Of a DNA stretch of 64,000 bases, positions 58,316-64,000 are shown piece by piece. The notes under the pieces were generated by a model. That model did no database searches. It was not told the origin of the DNA and saw only the letters and a program-made list of their open reading frames with translations. The first letter of the stretch is position 1, and each line of letters begins with the position of its first letter. A program made the position numbers and the translations under genes. This DNA comes from Octopus vulgaris (taxonomy: Eukaryota), in assembly GCA_951406725.2 (NCBI GenBank), contig OX597831.1, positions 20,212,001 to 20,276,000 on the forward strand, given 5' to 3'.

Positions 58316-61300
58316 AAATATGTATATATACAATCTATAAATAGAATCTATAAATAGAATCTATAAATATATATGCAAATTATGTATATATATATACAAA
58401 TTATGTATATATATATAAATTATGTATATATATGCAAATTATGTATATATATGTAAATGTATATATATATGCAAATTATGTATATATATATGCAAATTAT
58501 GTATATATATATAATTATATATAGAAATTATGTATATATATATGCAAATTATGTATATATATATGCAAATTATGTATATATAACTAGATGCTATAATTAT
58601 CTATATATATATGCAAATTATGTATATATATATATAGAATCTGATAAATATGTATATATATATGCAAATTATGTATATATATATATATGCAAATTATGTA
58701 TATATATGCAAATTATGTATATATATATGCAAATTATGTATATATATATGCAAATTATGTATATATATATATGCAAATTATGTATATATATATGCAAATT
58801 ATGTATATATATATATAGTATCTAAAATATCTATAAATAGTATATATATAAATATAATAAATATAATGCAAATATAATAAATATATATCTAAAATATGTA
58901 TATATATATGTATAATATATGAATCTATATATATATCAAATTATATATATATATGCAATTATGTATATATATATGCAAATATGTATATATATATATGTAT
59001 AAATTATGAATCTATAAATAGAATCTATCAATAGAATCTATAAATAGAATCTATAAATATGAATATATATATAAATATGTATATATATATGCAAATTATG
59101 TATATATATATGCAAATATATAATATATGAAATCTATCAATAGAATCTATAAATAGAATCTATAAATAGTATCTATAAACCAGAATCTATAAATAGAATC
59201 TATAAATAGAATCTATAAATAGAATCTATAAATAGAATCTATAAATAGAATCTATAAATAGTATCTATGAAGAGAATATATAAATAGAATCTATAAATAA
59301 ATAAATAAATAAATAAATAATTAGAATCTATAAATAGAATCTACAAATAGAATCTATAAATAGAATCTATAAATAAATAAATATATAAATAAATATATAA
59401 TATCTACAAATAGAATCTATAAATAGAATCTATAAATAGAATCTATAAATAGAATCTATAAATAAAATCTATACATAGAATCTATAAATAGTTTCTATCA
59501 ATAGAATCTATAAATAGAATCTATAAATAAAGAAATAAATAAATATATAGAATCTATAAATAGAATCTATAAATAGAATCTATAAATAGAATCTATAAAT
59601 AGAATCTATAAATAGAATCTATAAATAGTAGCTATAAATAGAAGCTATAAGTAGAAGCTATAAATAGAAGCTATAAATAGAAGCTATAAATAGAAGCTAT
59701 AAATAGAAGCTATAAATATTGAACATATTTATATATATTCAAATTATGTATATATATGAAATTATGTATATATATATGCAAATTATGTATTTATTTTTGC
59801 AAATTATGTATATATATATGCAAATTATGTACATATAAATGCAAATTATGTACATATAAATGCAAATTATGTACATATATATGCAAATTATGAATATATA
59901 TATGCAAATTATGTATATATATATGCAAATTATATATATATATGCAAATTATGTATATATATGCAAATTATGTATATATATGGAAATTATGTATATATAT
60001 GCCAATTATGTATATATGTATGCCAATATATATATATATATATGCAAATTATGTATATATATATGCAAATTATGTATATATAGATATGCCAATTATGTAT
60101 ATATATATGCAAATTGTGTATATATATATATGCAAATTATGTATATATATATGCAAATTATGTATATATGCAAATTATGTATATATATATGCAAATTATA
60201 TATATATATGCAAATTACGCTTACATATATGCAAATTATGTATATATATGCAAATTATGTATATATATGCAAATTATGTATTTATTTTTGCAAATTATGT
60301 ATATATATATGCAAATTATGTATATATATATAAAAATTATGTATATATATATATATATGCAAATTATGTATATATATATGCGAATTATGTATATATATAT
60401 GAAATTATGTATATATATGCAAATTATGTATATATATATATGCAAATTATGTATATATATATATATATATGCAAAATATGTATATATATATGAAAATTAT
60501 GTATATATATGCAAATTATGTATATATATATGCAAATTATGTATATATATATGCAAATTATGTATATATATATGCAAATTATATATATATATATGCAAAA
60601 TATGTATATATATGCAAATTATGTATATGTATGCAAATTATGTATATATATATGCAAATTATGTATATATATATACAAATTATGTATATATATATGCAAA
60701 TTATGTATATATATGCAAATTATGTCTATATATGCCAATTATGTTTATATATATGCAAATTATGTATATATATATGCAAATTATGTATATATATATATAT
60801 AATTACATATAGCAAATTATGTATATATATAGGCAAATTATGTATATATATATGCAAATTATGTATATATATGCAAATTATGTATATATATGCAAATTAT
60901 GTATATATATATGCAAATTATATATACATATATGCAAATTATGTACATATATATGCAAATTATGTACATATATATGCAAATTATGTATATATATGCAAAT
61001 TATGTATATATATGCAAATTATGTATATATATGCAAATTATGTATATATATATGCAAATTATGTATATATATATATATGCAAATTATGTATATATATGCA
61101 AATTATGTATATATATATGCAAATTATGTATATATATATGCAAATTATGTATATATATATGCAAATTATGTATATATACATGCAAATTATGTATATATAT
61201 ATATGCAAATTATGTATATATATATATGCAAATTATGTATACATATATATATGCAAATTATGTATTTATATATGCAAATTATGTATATATATATGCAAAT

Positions 61301-64000
61301 TATGTATATATATATGCAAATCATGTATATATATATGCAAATTTGTATATATATATGCAAATTATGTATATATATATGCAAAATATGTAAATATATATAT
61401 GCAAATAATGTATATATATATATGCAAATTATCTATACATATATGCAAATTATGTATATATATATGCAAATTATGTATATATATATGCAAATTATGGATA
61501 TATATATGCAAATTATGTATATATATATGCAAATTATGTATACATATATGCAAATTATGTATATATATATGCAAATTATGTATATATATATGCAAATTAT
61601 GTATATATATATGCAAATTATGTATACATAGATATGCAAATTATGCATATATATACGGGTCAAACAAGTTCAAACCGGTTCAAACTGGTTCAAACCGGTT
61701 CAAACTGGTTCAAATCTATAAATAGTATCTATAAATAGAATCTATAAATAGAATCTATAAGTAGAATCTATAAATAGTATCTATAAATAGAATCTATAAA
61801 TAGAATCTATAAATAGAATCTATAAATAAATAAATAAATAAATAAATAAATAGAATCTATAAATACAATCTATAAATACAATCTATAAATAGAATCTATT
61901 AATAGAATCTATAAATAGAATCTTTAAATACAATCTATTAAGAAATAAATAAAGAAAGAGTATCTATAAATAGAATCTATAAGTAGAATCTATAAATAGA
62001 ATCTATAAATAGAATCTATAAATTGTATCTATAAATATAATCTATAAATAGAAACTATAAATATATAAATAAATAAATAAATAAATAAATAAATAGAATC
62101 CATAACTAGATACTATAAATAGAATCTATAAATAGAATCTATCAATAGAATCTATAAATAGAATCTATAAATAGAATAAATAAATAAATCACTATGTATA
62201 TATATATGCAAATTATGTATGTATGCAAATTATGTATATACATATGCAAATTATGTATATATAGATATGCAAATTATGCATATATATACGGGTCAAACCA
62301 GTTCAAACTGGTTCAAATCTATAAATAGTATCTATAAATAGAATCTATAAATAGAATCTATAAATAGAATCTATAAATAAAAAAAAATAAATAAATAAAT
62401 AAATAAATAGAATCCATAACTAGATACTATAAATAGAATCTATAAATAGAATCTATCAATAGAATCTATAAATAGAATCTATAAATAGGATAAATAAATA
62501 AATAATTATGTATATATATATGCAAATTATGTATATATGCAAATTATGTATATATATATGCAAATTATGTATATATAGATATGCAAATTATGCATATATA
62601 TAAGGGTCAAACCAGTTCAAAGTGGTTGAAATCTATAAATAGTATCTATAAATAGAATCTATAAATAGAATCTATAAGAAGAATCTATAAATAGTATCTA
62701 TAAATAGAATCTATAAATAGAATCTATAAATAAAAAAATAAATAAATGAATAAATAAATAAAATCTATAAATAGAATCTATAAATACAATCTATAAATAG
62801 AATCTATAAATAGAATCTATAAATAGAATCTTTAAATAGAATCTATTAATAAATAAATAAATAGTATCTATAAATAGATTCTATAAATAGAATCTATAAA
62901 TAGAATCTATAAATAGTATCTATAAAAATAATCTATAAATAGAATCTATAAATAAATAAATGAATAAATAAATAGAATCCATAACTAGATAATATAAATA
63001 GAATCTATAAATAGAATCTATCAATAGAATCTATAAATAGAATCTATAAATAGAATAAATAAATAAATAAATAGATAGTATCTATAAATAGAATCTATAA
63101 ATAGAATCTATAAATAGAATCTATAAATAGAATCTATAAATAGTATCTATAAATATAATCTATAAATAGAAATTATCTATATATATATGCAAATTATGTA
63201 TATATATGCAAATTATGTATATATATGCAAATAATGTATATATATATGCAAATTATTTAAATATATATGCAAATTATGTATATATATGCAAATTATGTAT
63301 ATATATATGCAAATTATGTATTTATTTTTGCAAATTATGTATATATATATGCAAATTATGTATATATATATGCAAATTATGTATATATATATATGCAAAT
63401 TATGTATATATATATGCGAATTATGTATATATGTATGCAAATTATTTATATATATGCAAATTATGTGTATATATATGCAAATAAGGTATATATATATGTA
63501 TGCAAATTATGTATATATATATATGCAAATTATGTATATATATGCAAATTATGTATATATATGCAAATTATATATATATATATAGCAAAATATGTATATA
63601 TATATGCAAATTATGCATATATATATATGCAAATTATGTATATATATATGCAAAATATGTATAGATATATGCCAATTATGTATATATATATGTAAATTAT
63701 ATATATATATATATGCAAATTATGTATATATATATGCAAATTATGTATATATATGCAAACTATGTATATATATATGGAAATTATGTATATATATATGCAA
63801 ATTATGTATATATATATGCAAATTATGTATTTATATATGCAAATTATGTATATATATATGCAAATTATGTATATATATATATGGAAATTATGTATATATA
63901 TATATGCAAATTATGTATATATATATGCAAATTATATATATATATATGCAAATTATGTATATATATATGCAAATTATGTATATATATATGCAAATTATGT
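43703..64000. repeat. Composite satellite: inverted 13-mer (AATAGAATCTATA) and (TAAA)n alternating with 19-23-bp ATGCAAATTATG(TA)n blocks
   Basis: Main ATGCAAAT blocks at about 44531-46372, 46992-48848, 49258-51947, 53452-54390, 55116-59120, 59718-61656 and 63170-64000. Confidence 0.97.
51948..52007 (+). repeat. 10-bp GGTTCAAACY mini-array (also at 52590-52618, 52952-52980, 54391-54450, 61657-61716, 62290-62319, 62604-62633)
   Basis: 3 or 6 copies per site, always between an ATGCAAAT block and a 13-mer block. Confidence 0.93.

Noticed and set aside
44532-63695. MQIMYIY/ANYVYIY/CKLCIYI ORFs
   Set aside because: Three-frame translations of the octamer satellite.

Overview
Eukaryotic, extremely AT-rich, repeat-dominated window with no intact protein-coding gene. 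The SINE-like repeats resemble octopus tRNA-derived SINEs (recalled, not searched), suggesting a coleoid cephalopod heterochromatic locus. Layout: 1-11.6 kb 29-bp AT satellite in both orientations; 12.07-13.84 kb GC-rich 70-bp tandem array whose monomer folds as a rod-like hairpin; 13.86-14.72 kb compound microsatellite; 15.4-18.9 kb dead Tc1/mariner elements (a DD41D element nested in a DD34D mariner, plus a deleted mariner); 19.7-22.4 kb 5'-truncated RTE LINE with a 78-bp flanking direct repeat; 22.9-28.2 kb near-identical 2.3-kb duplication carrying SINEs and a Helitron-like element; 22-bp GCGCATGCGC satellite and a 152-bp mini-SINE array to 30.2 kb; then 34 kb of composite satellite (13-mer, TTTA, 18/20-mer, 19-23-mer carrying ATGCAAAT, 10-mer GGTTCAAACY) with a strand flip at 43702/43703 and higher-order structure. 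Almost all supplied ORFs are artefacts of low-complexity repeats. Most notable: the 70-bp closed-rod array, and satellites whose monomers match transcription-factor motifs (NRF1, POU octamer, B-box-like). All functional interpretations are inference.
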